DNA of 42,388 bases. Source: an uncultured Clostridia bacterium (GTDB lineage: Bacteria; Bacillota; Clostridia; TANB77; CAG-508). The position numbers and the translations under genes were made by a program. The notes under the pieces are model-generated. The model had not been told where the DNA came from, made no database searches, and worked only from the letters and a program-made list of their open reading frames with translations. The DNA is taken from contig CALXUW010000110.1 in NCBI GenBank assembly GCA_944391795.1, positions 1-42,388 on the forward strand. Direction: 5' to 3'. Positions 1 to 10,031 of the stretch are shown one piece after another; the first letter of the stretch is position 1; every line of letters starts with the position of its first letter.

Positions 1-253
1 AATATAATATTATTACCATAGCCCTTAGCCGAACATCACCAATGGTTTTAGAGCAATTTTCCCCCAAAGGAGAAGTGTCCCAAAGTGGTCAAAATGTCCA
101 ATTGGGAAACGTCCCAAATTGCCCCTAAATGTCTTAAAAAAATTCTTAAAAAATTTTTGCAAAAGCATTTACTTTTTAAAACAAATTGTATACAATATAA
201 TAGGAGATTGTCAAAAAACAAAAGAAAATGTAAAAGAAAGGGAGTAAAATCAA

Positions 254-1543
254 ATGAAAATATTAATGTTAACATGGGAATATCCACCAAGAGTTGTAGG
301 CGGAATTGCAAGAGTTGTATATGATTTATCAAGAACACTATTAAAAGATGGGCATGATGTAACAGTAGTTACATACAAAGATGGAGATGCTCCATATTTT
401 GAAGATGACAAAGGAGTAAAAGTATATAGAGTTGATAATTACATGATAAATCCAAACAACTTTATTGATTGGATAATGCAAATGAATTTCAATATGATAG
501 CAAAAGCAAATGAAATAATATCAAAAGAAGGAAAGTTTGATGTAATTCATGCACACGACTGGTTAGTTGCATATGCTGCCAAAACATTAAAGAATTCATA
601 CAATATCCCAATAGTATCAACAATTCACGCAACAGAAGCAGGAAGAAACAGTGGAATTCATGATGAGCAACAAAGGTATATTAATGACACAGAATGGATG
701 TTAACATATGAATCATCAGAAGTAATAGTAAATAGTAATTACATGAAAGGTGAACTACAAAGATTATTTGGTTTACCATATGAAAAAATAAATGTAGTAC
801 CAAACGGTGTAAATTTAAATTTATTTAATGGAATAGAAAGAGATTATAATTTTAGAAGAAAATATGCAATGGACAATGAAAAAATAATATTATTTATGGG
901 AAGACTTGTATATGAAAAAGGAATACAACATCTAATTGCTGCAATGCCTAAAATATTAAATGGATATCATGACTCAAAATTAGTAATATGTGGAAAAGGT
1001 GGAATGCTTGACGAATTAAAAGCGCAAGTAAACAATATGGGAATCTCAAACAAAGTATATTTTGCAGGATACATGAATGGAAAAGACGTTCAAAAGATGT
1101 ATAAAGCAGCAGATATAGCAGTATTCCCAAGCACATATGAACCATTTGGAATAGTAGCTCTAGAAGCAATGCTTTCAGAAAATCCAATAGTAGTATCAGA
1201 TATAGGAGGACTAAATGAAATAGTTAGGCATAGAGAAAATGGAATGAAAGCATACTGTGGAAATCCAAATTCAATTGCAGATTCAATATTAGAATTATTA
1301 TATGACCATAAATTATGCCAAGAAATAACAAGAAAAGCAAAAAATAAAGTAAGAAATGAATATAACTGGAGTAAAATTGCACAAGACACACACTTTACCT
1401 ATCAAAAAGCAATATGTCAATCAATGGCAGAAAAACAAAAAAGAGAAATCGAACAAGAAAGAGCAAGAAATGCTAAAAAGGTTAGAAAAGGAAATGAAAT
1501 TACAAATCTACTTAGCTTTAAAAAACGTCAGGCTTATGCATAA
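254..1543 (+). CDS. Glycosyltransferase, GT4 (group 1) family, with Lys/Glu-rich C-terminal tail
   Basis: Intact 429-aa ORF. The N-terminal EYPPRVVGGIARVVYDL...GHDVTVVT and the C-terminal FPSTYEPFGIVALEAM...E motif are typical of GT-B fold GT4 enzymes. A purine-rich RBS (aagggag) lies upstream. Confidence 0.85.
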   Translation: MKILMLTWEYPPRVVGGIARVVYDLSRTLLKDGHDVTVVTYKDGDAPYFEDDKGVKVYRVDNYMINPNNFIDWIMQMNFNMIAKANEIISKEGKFDVIHAHDWLVAYAAKTLKNSYNIPIVSTIHATEAGRNSGIHDEQQRYINDTEWMLTYESSEVIVNSNYMKGELQRLFGLPYEKINVVPNGVNLNLFNGIERDYNFRRKYAMDNEKIILFMGRLVYEKGIQHLIAAMPKILNGYHDSKLVICGKGGMLDELKAQVNNMGISNKVYFAGYMNGKDVQKMYKAADIAVFPSTYEPFGIVALEAMLSENPIVVSDIGGLNEIVRHRENGMKAYCGNPNSIADSILELLYDHKLCQEITRKAKNKVRNEYNWSKIAQDTHFTYQKAICQSMAEKQKREIEQERARNAKKVRKGNEITNLLSFKKRQAYA

Positions 1544-1604
1544 TTTTTAAAATATGATAAAAAATAAAAGAGAAAGTAAATAAAAAAACAAAGGAGTTAA
1601 GAAA

Positions 1605-2393
1605 ATGGAAGAAAACAAAGAAACACAAAGAATAGATGAATACAACAAAAGAATGGCACTAATTAAAAGCAAATATCCAAATATCTATGATGCAAATACA
1701 CCCAAAAGCATACAAGACGAGTTTAGAGCATTAAATGGCTTAGTAAATGCTTTAAAAACACCAGAAACTTGGGGAAACGTCCAAGTAGAAGAAGGAATAC
1801 AGGTAGATAGGTTTGTATTAGACAGATACAACCAAGCAAAACAAGATGCTGAAAAACTAAAAGGAGAAAATACAAAATATATAGCAAAAGAAGAAGAAGA
1901 AGCATTTAAACTTCCAGAAATTGATATAGAAGCAATAAAACAAGAAATAGCTAACATGAAAGATTCTGCTGATAGCACAAGAGTACAAAATATGATATAT
2001 AATGAGAATAACCAATATCTACCTACTAAAACAAGACAAGAACTAAAAAAATTAGGAGAAGAATGGGGAAGAAAAAGTTTCGAATTATATGAAATAAGCA
2101 TAAAAGAGCCAGAAAGTAATTTACCAATAGAACAGCCACAAAAAGGATCTTTTATTAGCAAAATTACAAAAACATGGCAGAAAATAAAAGATAGAATAAA
2201 ACAAGCTATTAAACCAAAACAGAATAAAGAACAAATAGAACAAGTTACACAAGAAAATAAATCACAAGCTTCAAAAAGACCATCAATAAAAGAAGAATAT
2301 AAAGTAGATCCAAGTACGCTAAAAACACCACAAGATTTGCCAAAAGAAGCAGAACAAAACCAACAGACTAAAGAGAATAGGCAAATAAGGTAA
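1605..2393 (+). CDS. Hypothetical Lys/Glu/Gln-rich protein
   Basis: Intact 262-aa ORF with RBS aaggag 8 nt upstream, followed by a strong terminator. No recognisable domain. The opposite-strand ORF 1685..2428 is a Leu/Phe/Ser-rich shadow. Confidence 0.5.
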   Translation: MEENKETQRIDEYNKRMALIKSKYPNIYDANTPKSIQDEFRALNGLVNALKTPETWGNVQVEEGIQVDRFVLDRYNQAKQDAEKLKGENTKYIAKEEEEAFKLPEIDIEAIKQEIANMKDSADSTRVQNMIYNENNQYLPTKTRQELKKLGEEWGRKSFELYEISIKEPESNLPIEQPQKGSFISKITKTWQKIKDRIKQAIKPKQNKEQIEQVTQENKSQASKRPSIKEEYKVDPSTLKTPQDLPKEAEQNQQTKENRQIR

Positions 2394-2418
2394 TGATGAA
2401 CCAACATTATAAAAATAA

Positions 2419-2466
2419 AAATAAACATTATGAAAAAATAAAAAAATCATAATGTTTATTTTTTTG
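2419..2466 (+). terminator. Rho-independent terminator
   Basis: Stem ataaacattatga (2421-2433) pairs with tcataatgtttat (2447-2459) and is followed by a T-run. Confidence 0.7.
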
Positions 2467-2519
2467 AAACTTTTACATAAATTTTAAGCACTTATAAAAT
2501 ATAAGGGGGAAGAAAAATT

Positions 2520-3054
2520 ATGAGTACTCAAATAACAAAAGAACAATTTGAACTAATATATAACGAAACATACAACAAAACATTAAAATACATAATATGC
2601 AAATGTAACAAATTAGAAGACGTAAATGACATAATTCAAGACACATATGTAGAACTATACAAAAATCTAAAAAGGAAAAATAAATTAGAAATAGAGAAAA
2701 TAGATGACTACATAATAGGAATTACAAAAAACATACTAAAAAAATACTATAAAAACAAAAAACAAAACCTATATATGTTAAAAAATGAAATAAATGAAGA
2801 ACTTACTTACTTAAAAGATGACTCTGACCTAGAAGCTAGTATAATTACAAAAGAAAATGTACGGAGAAGTATGGAATTATATAGAATCAAAAGGAGGAGT
2901 TACAGCAAAAATATTTTCACTATATTACTTATTTGACATGAAAATATCAGAAATATCAAAAGAATTAGACCTAAAAGAATCAAACGTAAAAAATCACATA
3001 TATAGGACCCTAAAAGAGATAAAAGAAAAATTTAAAAGAAAGGGGGAAAAATAA
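2520..3054 (+). CDS. ECF-type RNA polymerase sigma-70 family factor (needs +1 shift at in-frame CGG 2862)
   Basis: ORF 2520..2936 holds the region 2-like segment (DIIQDTYVELYKNL). ORF 2857..3054, in the +1 frame, holds the region 4 HTH (ISEISKELDLKESNVKNHIYRTLKEIK). Skipping C2862 joins them as ...ITKENV-G-EVWNYIESK... Confidence 0.75.
2862..2865 (+). other. In-frame CGG-A; apparent +1 recoding site (skip C, read GGA Gly)
   Basis: gta CGG aga in frame 0 reaches a stop at 2936. gta c GGA gaa continues into sigma region 4. Confidence 0.7.
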
Positions 3055-3057
3055 AAA

Positions 3058-4212
3058 ATGCTAGAAAGCAAGCTATTAAAAAATTACTTAAATGAAAAAT
3101 ACAGCAAGGAAAATAATTACTACGAGATTTTACAAAAAGTGAAAGGAAGTGGTAATATGAAAAAAAGAAAAATATTAAACATAGCAGCAATACTCCTAAT
3201 TGTAATAATGCTAGGAGCACTTACCCCAAGCATTTATGCTAAAATACAATGGAATATAGAATACCAAGAATATGAAAATAGACCAATAAATTATGGCTCT
3301 GCTACAATAAATGAAGCCATACAAGAATATGAAAAAAATATACAAATGGACTACATATATAAAAATGACATTGGAATAAAAATAGACTCTCTAATCCTAA
3401 CAAATGATTATTTTAAAATAAATGTCAACTTTCAATTACCAGAAGACATTGAATTAAATACCCAAACCTTTAGATATGGATTTGCCGTATATGATGAAAA
3501 TGGCAACATATACGGAATACAAGAAAGAATGCTATTTAAAGACGAAAAAGTTCCATACTGGGAAAAACTATATAAAGAACTAGGAACAAATTATGATAAA
3601 AAAGATGTATTTGCAGTACAATTAAAAGATTCATCAGGAATGGGAGTAATTACTTCCCAAAAAGGAAATATTATAGCATATACAGAAATGACCTCAAACA
3701 AAGGATTTCCAAAAAGTAAAAAATTATATATTAGAATATTTGACATAGGATATGATCTAATGGAACTTAATGAAGAAAAAACACAAATGCTTTCAGCACA
3801 AAATGTAAATATAACAAATGATGAATGGATTATAGAATTAAACATACCAGAAGAATTTTATACAAGGCAATCAATAAATTTAAAATTAGCAAATGAAGTA
3901 GAGGGGCTAAAAGTATCAAAAGCAGAACTAACTAAAACCGCTCTAGTTATGAAAGTAGAACAAGACGGTTTACGCAAAGCCGTAATGGATGGAAGAAATT
4001 TAAGTGAAGAAGAGTTTACAAACAAAATAAATGAAGCAATTCATATAGAAGATGAACAAGGAAACACATATAATTATACCAATTTATCAACAACTGAAAA
4101 TCCAGAAGAAATACAACTTAAGTTTAGTCTAAGCACAAAAGACATTAGTAAAAGATTATATTTATGTGTAAAAATAAACGAAAAAGATTACAAGGTAGAA
4201 CTTATAACATAA
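3058..4212 (+). CDS. Membrane-anchored protein downstream of the ECF sigma; putative anti-sigma factor
   Basis: Starts 4 nt after the sigma stop. It has a short cytoplasmic N-terminus, one TM helix (ILNIAAILLIVIMLGAL) and a large extracytoplasmic domain. This architecture and position are typical of Firmicutes anti-sigma factors. No sequence motif confirms the call. Confidence 0.5.
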   Translation: MLESKLLKNYLNEKYSKENNYYEILQKVKGSGNMKKRKILNIAAILLIVIMLGALTPSIYAKIQWNIEYQEYENRPINYGSATINEAIQEYEKNIQMDYIYKNDIGIKIDSLILTNDYFKINVNFQLPEDIELNTQTFRYGFAVYDENGNIYGIQERMLFKDEKVPYWEKLYKELGTNYDKKDVFAVQLKDSSGMGVITSQKGNIIAYTEMTSNKGFPKSKKLYIRIFDIGYDLMELNEEKTQMLSAQNVNITNDEWIIELNIPEEFYTRQSINLKLANEVEGLKVSKAELTKTALVMKVEQDGLRKAVMDGRNLSEEEFTNKINEAIHIEDEQGNTYNYTNLSTTENPEEIQLKFSLSTKDISKRLYLCVKINEKDYKVELIT

Positions 4213-4276
4213 TTAAAAAATATCAATTAAAATTTGACATAACCTAAAAAAGCTAAAAATTTTAATAAAATATATG

Positions 4277-4387
4277 CTAGAAAAATATTAAGGAATGAAT
4301 TCTGTAATTTACAGGACTCATTTCTTTTAATTTGCCATTAATCCTTCTATTATTGTAATAATCTATATATTCAATTAATTCTTTTTT
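4277..4387 (-). pseudogene. Relic of an IS3-family (rve/DDE) transposase C-terminus
   Basis: The minus-strand translation is KKELIEYIDYYNNRRINGKLKEMSPVNYRIHSLIFF*. The EYIxYYNNxR...L...SP..YR motif is the hallmark C-terminal tail of IS3/IS150 OrfB. A stop codon lies 6 codons upstream, so only about 36 aa survive. Confidence 0.5.
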
Positions 4388-4555
4388 AAAGCTAATTCTT
4401 ACTTAAAAAGTATTGAAAAAATAAAATTTTATTGTTAAAATACAAATATGCAAAAAAACTTAAAAAAATAAATTAAATCAGCCCCATATTTTCTACAAAT
4501 TTAGCTTGAAAAAGTTATATAATAAATATATAATAAACAAAAACAAGGAGGCAAA

Positions 4556-5458
4556 ATGGAACAATTTAAATCAGGTTTTGTAACACTAATTGGAAGAACA
4601 AATGTAGGAAAATCAACACTTCTAAATTTACTAGTAGGTGAAAAAATAGCTGCAATAGCAAACAAAGTACAAACAACCAGAACAGCAATTAAAGGAATAG
4701 TAAATAGAAAAAATTCACAAATAATATTTATAGACACACCAGGAATACACAAACCAAAAACCAAACTAAATGAAACAATGATAGAAACCTCATTAACAAG
4801 CCTAAAAGAATCAGATTTAATACTTTTTTTAATAGAAGCAACAAGCAATGGAATAGGAAAAGGAGATAAAATAATATTAGAAAAAATAAAAGAAGCCAAA
4901 AGAAAAACAATATTAATAATTAACAAAATAGATTTAGTCAAAAAAGAAACATTATTAAACTTAATAGATATATACAGCAAAGAATATAATTTTGAAGCTG
5001 TAATTCCAATATCAGCAACAAACGAAAAATATAAACAAACAATACTAGATGAAATAGAAAAGAACCTATTACCAGGGCCAGCATATTATGATATAGAAGA
5101 ATACACAGATCAAACCTTAAGAAATTTAGCTGAAGAAACAATAAGAGAAAAAGCCTTAAGACTATTGCAAGACGAAGTACCACATGGAATATATGTAGAA
5201 GTAGAAAAAATGAAAGAAAGAAAAAATAAACAAGGGCAAATAATCTATGACATAGAAGCAACAATTTATTGCCTAAGAAATTCACACAAAGGAATAATAA
5301 TAGGAAAAAATGGAGAAATGTTAAAAAGAATTGGAAGATTAGCAAGATTAGACTTAGAGCAAAATTTTGGAGTAAAAGTAAACCTAAAAACATGGGTAAA
5401 AGTAAAAGAAGACTGGCAAGAAAATGAAAAAATTGTAAATAAATTTAAATCAAAATAA
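4556..5458 (+). CDS. era: GTPase Era
   Basis: Motifs G1 GRTNVGKST, G3 DTPG, G4 NKID and the C-terminal KH domain (IIGKNGEMLKRIG) are present. RBS aaggagg. Conserved era-yqzL-recO synteny. Confidence 0.95.
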   Translation: MEQFKSGFVTLIGRTNVGKSTLLNLLVGEKIAAIANKVQTTRTAIKGIVNRKNSQIIFIDTPGIHKPKTKLNETMIETSLTSLKESDLILFLIEATSNGIGKGDKIILEKIKEAKRKTILIINKIDLVKKETLLNLIDIYSKEYNFEAVIPISATNEKYKQTILDEIEKNLLPGPAYYDIEEYTDQTLRNLAEETIREKALRLLQDEVPHGIYVEVEKMKERKNKQGQIIYDIEATIYCLRNSHKGIIIGKNGEMLKRIGRLARLDLEQNFGVKVNLKTWVKVKEDWQENEKIVNKFKSK

Positions 5459-5548
5459 AAAACAAATTAAACAAACAAGCGAATAAAAACTAAAAAAATG
5501 CAAAAGATAAAATTAAAGGTAAAAACTTTAAATAAAGGAAGTGAGCAT

Positions 5549-5746
5549 ATGATTAAAAAAATAGCCTGGGATACTTTTAAAAACACAGGAAATATAAATA
5601 CCTATTTAGAACTAAAACAAATAGAAAAAATAGAAGACGGAATAGAAGAAAAATCAAGTAAAATAACCCAAATAACAACTGGGCAAAATACTTTACTAGA
5701 AAACCAACATACTAAAAACGAAGAGGATGTAAAATGGCAAATGTAA
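5549..5746 (+). CDS. YqzL-family small protein
   Basis: MIKKIAWDTFKNTGNINTYLELKQIE matches the YqzL-like W..F..TG.I..YL motif. It sits between era and recO as in Bacillus. The ATG at 5549 has an RBS (aaaggaagtgag), so it is preferred over the track start 5498. Confidence 0.6.
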   Translation: MIKKIAWDTFKNTGNINTYLELKQIEKIEDGIEEKSSKITQITTGQNTLLENQHTKNEEDVKWQM

Positions 5747-6477
5747 AAATAAATGGAATAGTATTATCAGAAACTAACGTAGGAGATTTTGACAAAATGT
5801 TAACAATATTAACACCAAACTACGGTAAAATCTCGTGTGTAGCTAAAGGAGCAAGAAGACCTAAAAGTGCTCTTTTAGCAGGCACACAAATTTTTTGCTT
5901 TGGAGAATACTTAGTGTATAAAGGAACAAATACATATCACATTAATTCAGTAGAACCAATAGAAGTTTTTTATGACATAAGAACAGACTTAGACAAACTA
6001 AAATATGCCGTACACATAAACAAAATAGTACAAGATGTAACCCAAGAAAATGAAAACTGTTTTAGAATTTTGCAACTTTTATTAAACACACTCTACACAA
6101 TATCTAAAACAGATAAAGACCTAGAATTAGTAATTAGCATATTTAAACTAAGATTATTATGCATATTAGGTTTTACACCTAAATTAAATGAATGTACAAA
6201 TTGTAAAACCAAAGAAAATCTAAAATACTTTAGCCTAAAAGATAATGGATTTAAATGTGAACCATGTAGCAGACAAGATAAATCTTGCCTAATAATGACT
6301 AACTCAACACTAAATGCGATAAAATACACAATTCTAGCACCACCTAAAAAACTATTCTCATTTACCATAAAAAACGAAGCATTAGAAGAATTTAAACTTA
6401 TAACTAAACTATATTTCAACGAAAAATTAGAAAAAGAATACAAATTAGAGGACATATTTTCTAAAAAAAATTACTAG
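5734..6477 (+). CDS. recO: DNA repair protein RecO
   Basis: 247 aa with an N-terminal OB fold (GIVLSETNVGDFDKMLTILTPNYGKISCVAKGARRPKS) and a zinc-finger-like CxxC...CxxC (CTNCKT...CEPC). Overlaps the yqzL-like end by 13 nt. Confidence 0.9.
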   Translation: MANVKINGIVLSETNVGDFDKMLTILTPNYGKISCVAKGARRPKSALLAGTQIFCFGEYLVYKGTNTYHINSVEPIEVFYDIRTDLDKLKYAVHINKIVQDVTQENENCFRILQLLLNTLYTISKTDKDLELVISIFKLRLLCILGFTPKLNECTNCKTKENLKYFSLKDNGFKCEPCSRQDKSCLIMTNSTLNAIKYTILAPPKKLFSFTIKNEALEEFKLITKLYFNEKLEKEYKLEDIFSKKNY

Positions 6478-6570
6478 TTATTACAAAAGTAGTTGAAAAA
6501 AAACAAAAAAATGTATATAATAAAAATATAACTAAAAAAATAAACATAAAAGAAGAAGGGAGCGATTTTT

Positions 6571-7098
6571 ATGAAAATAAAAATAACAGGAAAGGAACTA
6601 AAGATAACAGAAGCAATAAACGACTATGTAGAAAAAAAATTAGAAAGAATTGATAAATATTTTGAGGACGCAAAAGCAGAAGTTACTTTAAGAACTGAAA
6701 AAAATGAACAAATAGCAGAAATCTATGTAACTGCAAATGGAGAAAAATATAGAGCAGTAACAGAAGACAAAGACATGTATGCATCTATTGATAAAGACAT
6801 AGACATACTAGAAGGACAAATAAGAAAAGCAAAAACCAAAAAAGAAAAAATGATGAAAGATGCATCAATAAAAACAATGGAAACACTAGATAGCGAAGCA
6901 TCAGAAATGAAAAACGAAATAATAAAAACATCATATTATGAAATAAAACCAATGTTACCAGAAGATGCAATGCTAAAATTGCAAGAAAAACCAACACATA
7001 ACTTTTTAACATTTATAAATGTAGAAACAGGAAAAGTAAATGTAATACATAAATTAAAAGATGGCAAAAATTATGGATTAGTAGAACCAGAAGCATAA
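6571..7098 (+). CDS. hpf: Ribosome hibernation promoting factor, long form
   Basis: [31 protein letters not shown] is the sigma-54 modulation/YfiA family N-domain. A C-terminal dimerisation domain ([28 protein letters not shown]-like) is also present. Confidence 0.9.
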   Translation: [175 protein letters not shown]

Positions 7099-7131
7099 TT
7101 TAAAATACACAAATGACAATTGGAGGAAAAG

Positions 7132-8583
7132 ATGAAACGAAAATATAAAGTATTAATTGTGCTAATATCCATAATAATATCTTTAATAAGTTACTTTTTT
7201 ATATTAGATGGTTACTATTCTATAGACTTAGAAAGAATAACTAGTCAAGGATATTTTTCATATGCTATAAAAGATGCATATATAAGAGATGGAAGATTAT
7301 TCTTAGCACTTATATTTCTATTTGTAGCTTTTATAAATCCGAGCTTAAAGATTTTATATATAATAAGTTTAATTTTAGCAATTATTATACTTTCTTTTGC
7401 GGTGCTAGAAATATATAAAATAATGGAACACTACAAAGAGTCAAAAACCAAAAAGGATAAAATAATTAAATTTATTATAAGCTATATAACAATCTTTACC
7501 TTTACGCAAATAGATGCAATGCAATTTGTAGAAGCATTTGCACTAGCAACTAGTGTATTATTATTTATAATATCTGTCAAAAAAACTATAATAGAAAGAA
7601 AAACTAAATTAGGTTTTATAATTGCATTAATTGGAGTGTTTTTCTATCAAGGAACAATCTCAATTTATATTATAATGTCTGTATTAATGTGTTTTCTTGA
7701 AAATAAAAAATTTAGTAAGCAATTTCTTAAGGATTTATTTAAATGTGCTATCATTATAATACTAGTTACAATATTAAATCTAATGGAAATACTTATATTA
7801 CCAGAATTAATGGGATTAGAAAAAACACCAAGACTTTTAGAAGATAAATTTGCAGTAATGTTAAATAATGCTAATTATTTTAAGGAATTTGTATTTGACA
7901 GTATGGGGTTATTTCCTGATTACCTATGGGTATGTTACATATTAATATGTTTAATAATAATATCAATCTACAGTGTGAAAACTAAAAAAATAGATAAATA
8001 TGTAAATATATTATTTTTAATAATAACTAGTATAATAAGTGTTTTCCCATATTTAATTATACAATTTGGAGCAACAGGAAGGATATTTGGAGCTTGGGGA
8101 CAAATGATAGGTACTATAATGGTCTATATGTATTGCGAAACTGAAATATTTCAAGAAAAGAATATATATATGAAACTTTTAACAATTACCCTAATTACAT
8201 ATTTTATAATAAATATATTAAACACAATAAGAGTTACAAAAATATATGATATGAGTAATAAGCTAGACATCGAATTTTCAAATATTATAAAATCACAAGT
8301 AGAGGAATATAAAGAAAAAGGTGAAGAAATAAAAAGTTTTAGCATATGGTATGTGCAAGATGGGAGATATAGAGAAAAATATAAAAACATTAAAGATATT
8401 ACAACATCAAGATATTTTTTAGGAATATATAATAGTCAAACTCTTAAATATTATACAGGGATAGACTTAGTAAAAGAATATAAAGAGCAAATATTTTATA
8501 GAGCAAATTTCGATTTTTATAATGATGAAGAAATTCAAACCAAAAAAATAGAAGATACTTTATATATACTTGTAAATTTATAA
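7132..8583 (+). CDS. Polytopic integral membrane protein, unknown function
   Basis: Long ORF with many hydrophobic segments and a C-terminal soluble part. ATG 7132 follows RBS ggagga, whereas the track start 7120 is TTG inside that RBS. No diagnostic motif recognised. Confidence 0.55.
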   Translation: MKRKYKVLIVLISIIISLISYFFILDGYYSIDLERITSQGYFSYAIKDAYIRDGRLFLALIFLFVAFINPSLKILYIISLILAIIILSFAVLEIYKIMEHYKESKTKKDKIIKFIISYITIFTFTQIDAMQFVEAFALATSVLLFIISVKKTIIERKTKLGFIIALIGVFFYQGTISIYIIMSVLMCFLENKKFSKQFLKDLFKCAIIIILVTILNLMEILILPELMGLEKTPRLLEDKFAVMLNNANYFKEFVFDSMGLFPDYLWVCYILICLIIISIYSVKTKKIDKYVNILFLIITSIISVFPYLIIQFGATGRIFGAWGQMIGTIMVYMYCETEIFQEKNIYMKLLTITLITYFIINILNTIRVTKIYDMSNKLDIEFSNIIKSQVEEYKEKGEEIKSFSIWYVQDGRYREKYKNIKDITTSRYFLGIYNSQTLKYYTGIDLVKEYKEQIFYRANFDFYNDEEIQTKKIEDTLYILVNL

Positions 8584-8585
8584 AT

Positions 8586-8614
8586 AAAAGGCAGGAAATC
8601 AAATCCTGCCTTTA
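8586..8614. terminator. Bidirectional rho-independent terminator between convergent genes
   Basis: Stem ggcagga (8590-8596) pairs with tcctgcc (8604-8610). It is flanked by an A-run and a T-run, so it can work in both orientations. Confidence 0.7.
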
Positions 8615-8702
8615 TGTATTTTAAAAATAAAATAAATAAAAACAAAACTTAACTTCCTGCGTTTTTAATTAAAGTAACATAAAATAAATAATATAAGAAA
8701 AA

Positions 8703-8900
8703 CTATTTCATTTGTTGTTCTACTTGTTGTATCATTTTTCTTACCATGTTACCACCTATTTTACCAGCGTCTCTAGCTGAAATGTCTCCATTATATCCGT
8801 CTTTTAAGTTAACACCTACTTCACTAGCTACTTCATATTTGAATTTGTCTAAAGCAGACATAGCTTCTGGAACTAATTTTTTGTTTGAATAGTTTGCCAT
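8703..8900 (-). CDS. Small acid-soluble spore protein, alpha/beta type
   Basis: MANYSNKKLVPEAMSALDKFKYEVASEVGV...GDISARDAGKIGGNMVRKMIQ matches the two conserved alpha/beta SASP blocks. The ATG at 8900 follows RBS aggaggtga, so it is preferred over 8921. Confidence 0.9.
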   Translation of the reverse strand: MANYSNKKLVPEAMSALDKFKYEVASEVGVNLKDGYNGDISARDAGKIGGNMVRKMIQQVEQQMK

Positions 8901-9081
8901 TTGTTTCTTCACCTCCTGCATTTATTTCATTATAAGAAAAAACTTTTTGCTTGCTTTTTCTAATACTATCATTTGCAGAAAAAGAGAAAAATACACAAGA
9001 AATTTTTTCCAAAAATAACTTAAAAAAATATTGCATAAAAAAAAAATTAAATATATAATAGCCAAATAAGGAGTGAAAAAA

Positions 9082-9958
9082 ATGTATAAATTAGTCGCAA
9101 TAGATTTAGACGGAACAATGCTAAATAGCTACGGAGTAGTAACTAACAATACAAAAGAAGTAATAAAAGAAACAATAAAAAAAGGAACAGATGTAATAAT
9201 TGCATCAGGAAGACCAATAGATTCTATAAAAACAATAGCAAAAGAAATAGGAAGTGATAAATATTTTATAGCAGGAAATGGAGCACTTATATATGATATT
9301 AAACAAGATAAAATAATATATGACAAATATATGTCAAAAGAAAAAGTACTAGAAATCATAAAAATATGTGAAGAAAACAGCATAGCATATAATGTATATA
9401 CAGACAAAACAATACTTGCAACAAGCTTAAAATACAATGTTCTATATTACCACAAAGAAAATCTAAAAAAAGAAGAAAACAAAAAGACCAATATTAATAT
9501 AGTAAAAAACATGTACGAATATGTAAAAGAAATGAAAGAAGAAAGATTTTTAAAAATAACAGTATGTGATGAAACTAAAAGTGTATTTAATTCAATAATA
9601 AAAAAATTAAGGCAAATAGAAGAAATAGAAGTATTAGATGTCTTGCATATGTCAAGAAAAATAATAAAGCAAGGGACAAAAGATGTCACAATAGAATATT
9701 TTTATACAGAAATTTCATCAAAAAATGTAGATAAATGGTATGCAATAGAATACTTAATGGAACTATTAAACTTAAAAACTCAAGAAATAATAACAATAGG
9801 AGACAATATAAACGACAAAAAAATGATAGAACAAGCAGGCTTAGGAATTGCAATGAAAGGAAGCACACCAGTAGTTACACGGAATAGCAAATTATATAAC
9901 CGAATTTACAAATAATGAAGAAGGAGTAGCAAAAGCTTTACAAAAATTTTGTGATTAA
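9082..9958 (+). CDS. Cof-type HAD-IIB phosphatase (needs +1 shift at in-frame CGG 9880)
   Basis: The DxD motif (VAIDLDGTML) and GDNINDKKMIEQAGLGIAM are present. Frame 0 ends at 9915 with ...VVTRNSKLYNRIYK*. Skipping C9880 gives VVT-G-IANYITEFTNNEEGVAKALQKFCD*, the canonical Cof C-terminus (A.Y.T..N.E.GVA.AL). Confidence 0.8.
9880..9883 (+). other. In-frame CGG-A; apparent +1 recoding site
   Basis: aca CGG aat becomes aca c GGA ata, which restores the conserved Cof-family C-terminus. Confidence 0.7.
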
Positions 9959-9965
9959 TAAACAG

Positions 9966-10007
9966 AATATTACAAAAATATTACAGCAATATTACAGTAA
10001 TATTAAT
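9966..10007 (+). repeat. Four direct copies of AATATTACA (last copy AATATTAAT) at exact 11-bp spacing
   Basis: Copies start at 9966, 9977, 9988 and 9999. Each contains the palindrome AATATT. The array lies just upstream of the candidate promoter of the pilus cluster. Confidence 0.7.
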
Positions 10008-10031
10008 TTTTATTAACACCAATAAAATCCA

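Noticed and set aside
47-90. The sequence gttttagagcaatttt...gtgtcccaaag resembles the start (GTTTTAGAGC) and end (GGTCCCAAAAC) of type II-A CRISPR repeats.
   Set aside because: There is only one copy, and it is about 5 nt too long. The sequence one spacer-length upstream (positions 1-13) shows no repeat-like end. No cas genes are in view. It does not qualify as a CRISPR array.
85-338. ORFs 85..324 (+) and 48..338 (-) upstream of the GT4 gene.
   Set aside because: They have no RBS, a basic or low-complexity composition, and they overlap the promoter and RBS region and the start of the GT4 gene. They are probably non-coding.
1685-2428. Long antisense ORFs such as 1685..2428, 4501..4980, 4938..5393, 13413..13934, 27330..27782 and 37540..37869.
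   Set aside because: They are Leu/Phe/Ile/Ser-rich translations of the reverse strand of A-rich coding sequence. They have no RBS and no motifs, and each overlaps a well-supported gene. They are typical shadow ORFs of AT-rich genomes.
5498-5548. The upstream ATG at 5498 as the start of the yqzL-like gene.
   Set aside because: The first 17 codons are Lys-rich with no RBS. ATG 5549 has a good RBS and matches the family N-terminus.
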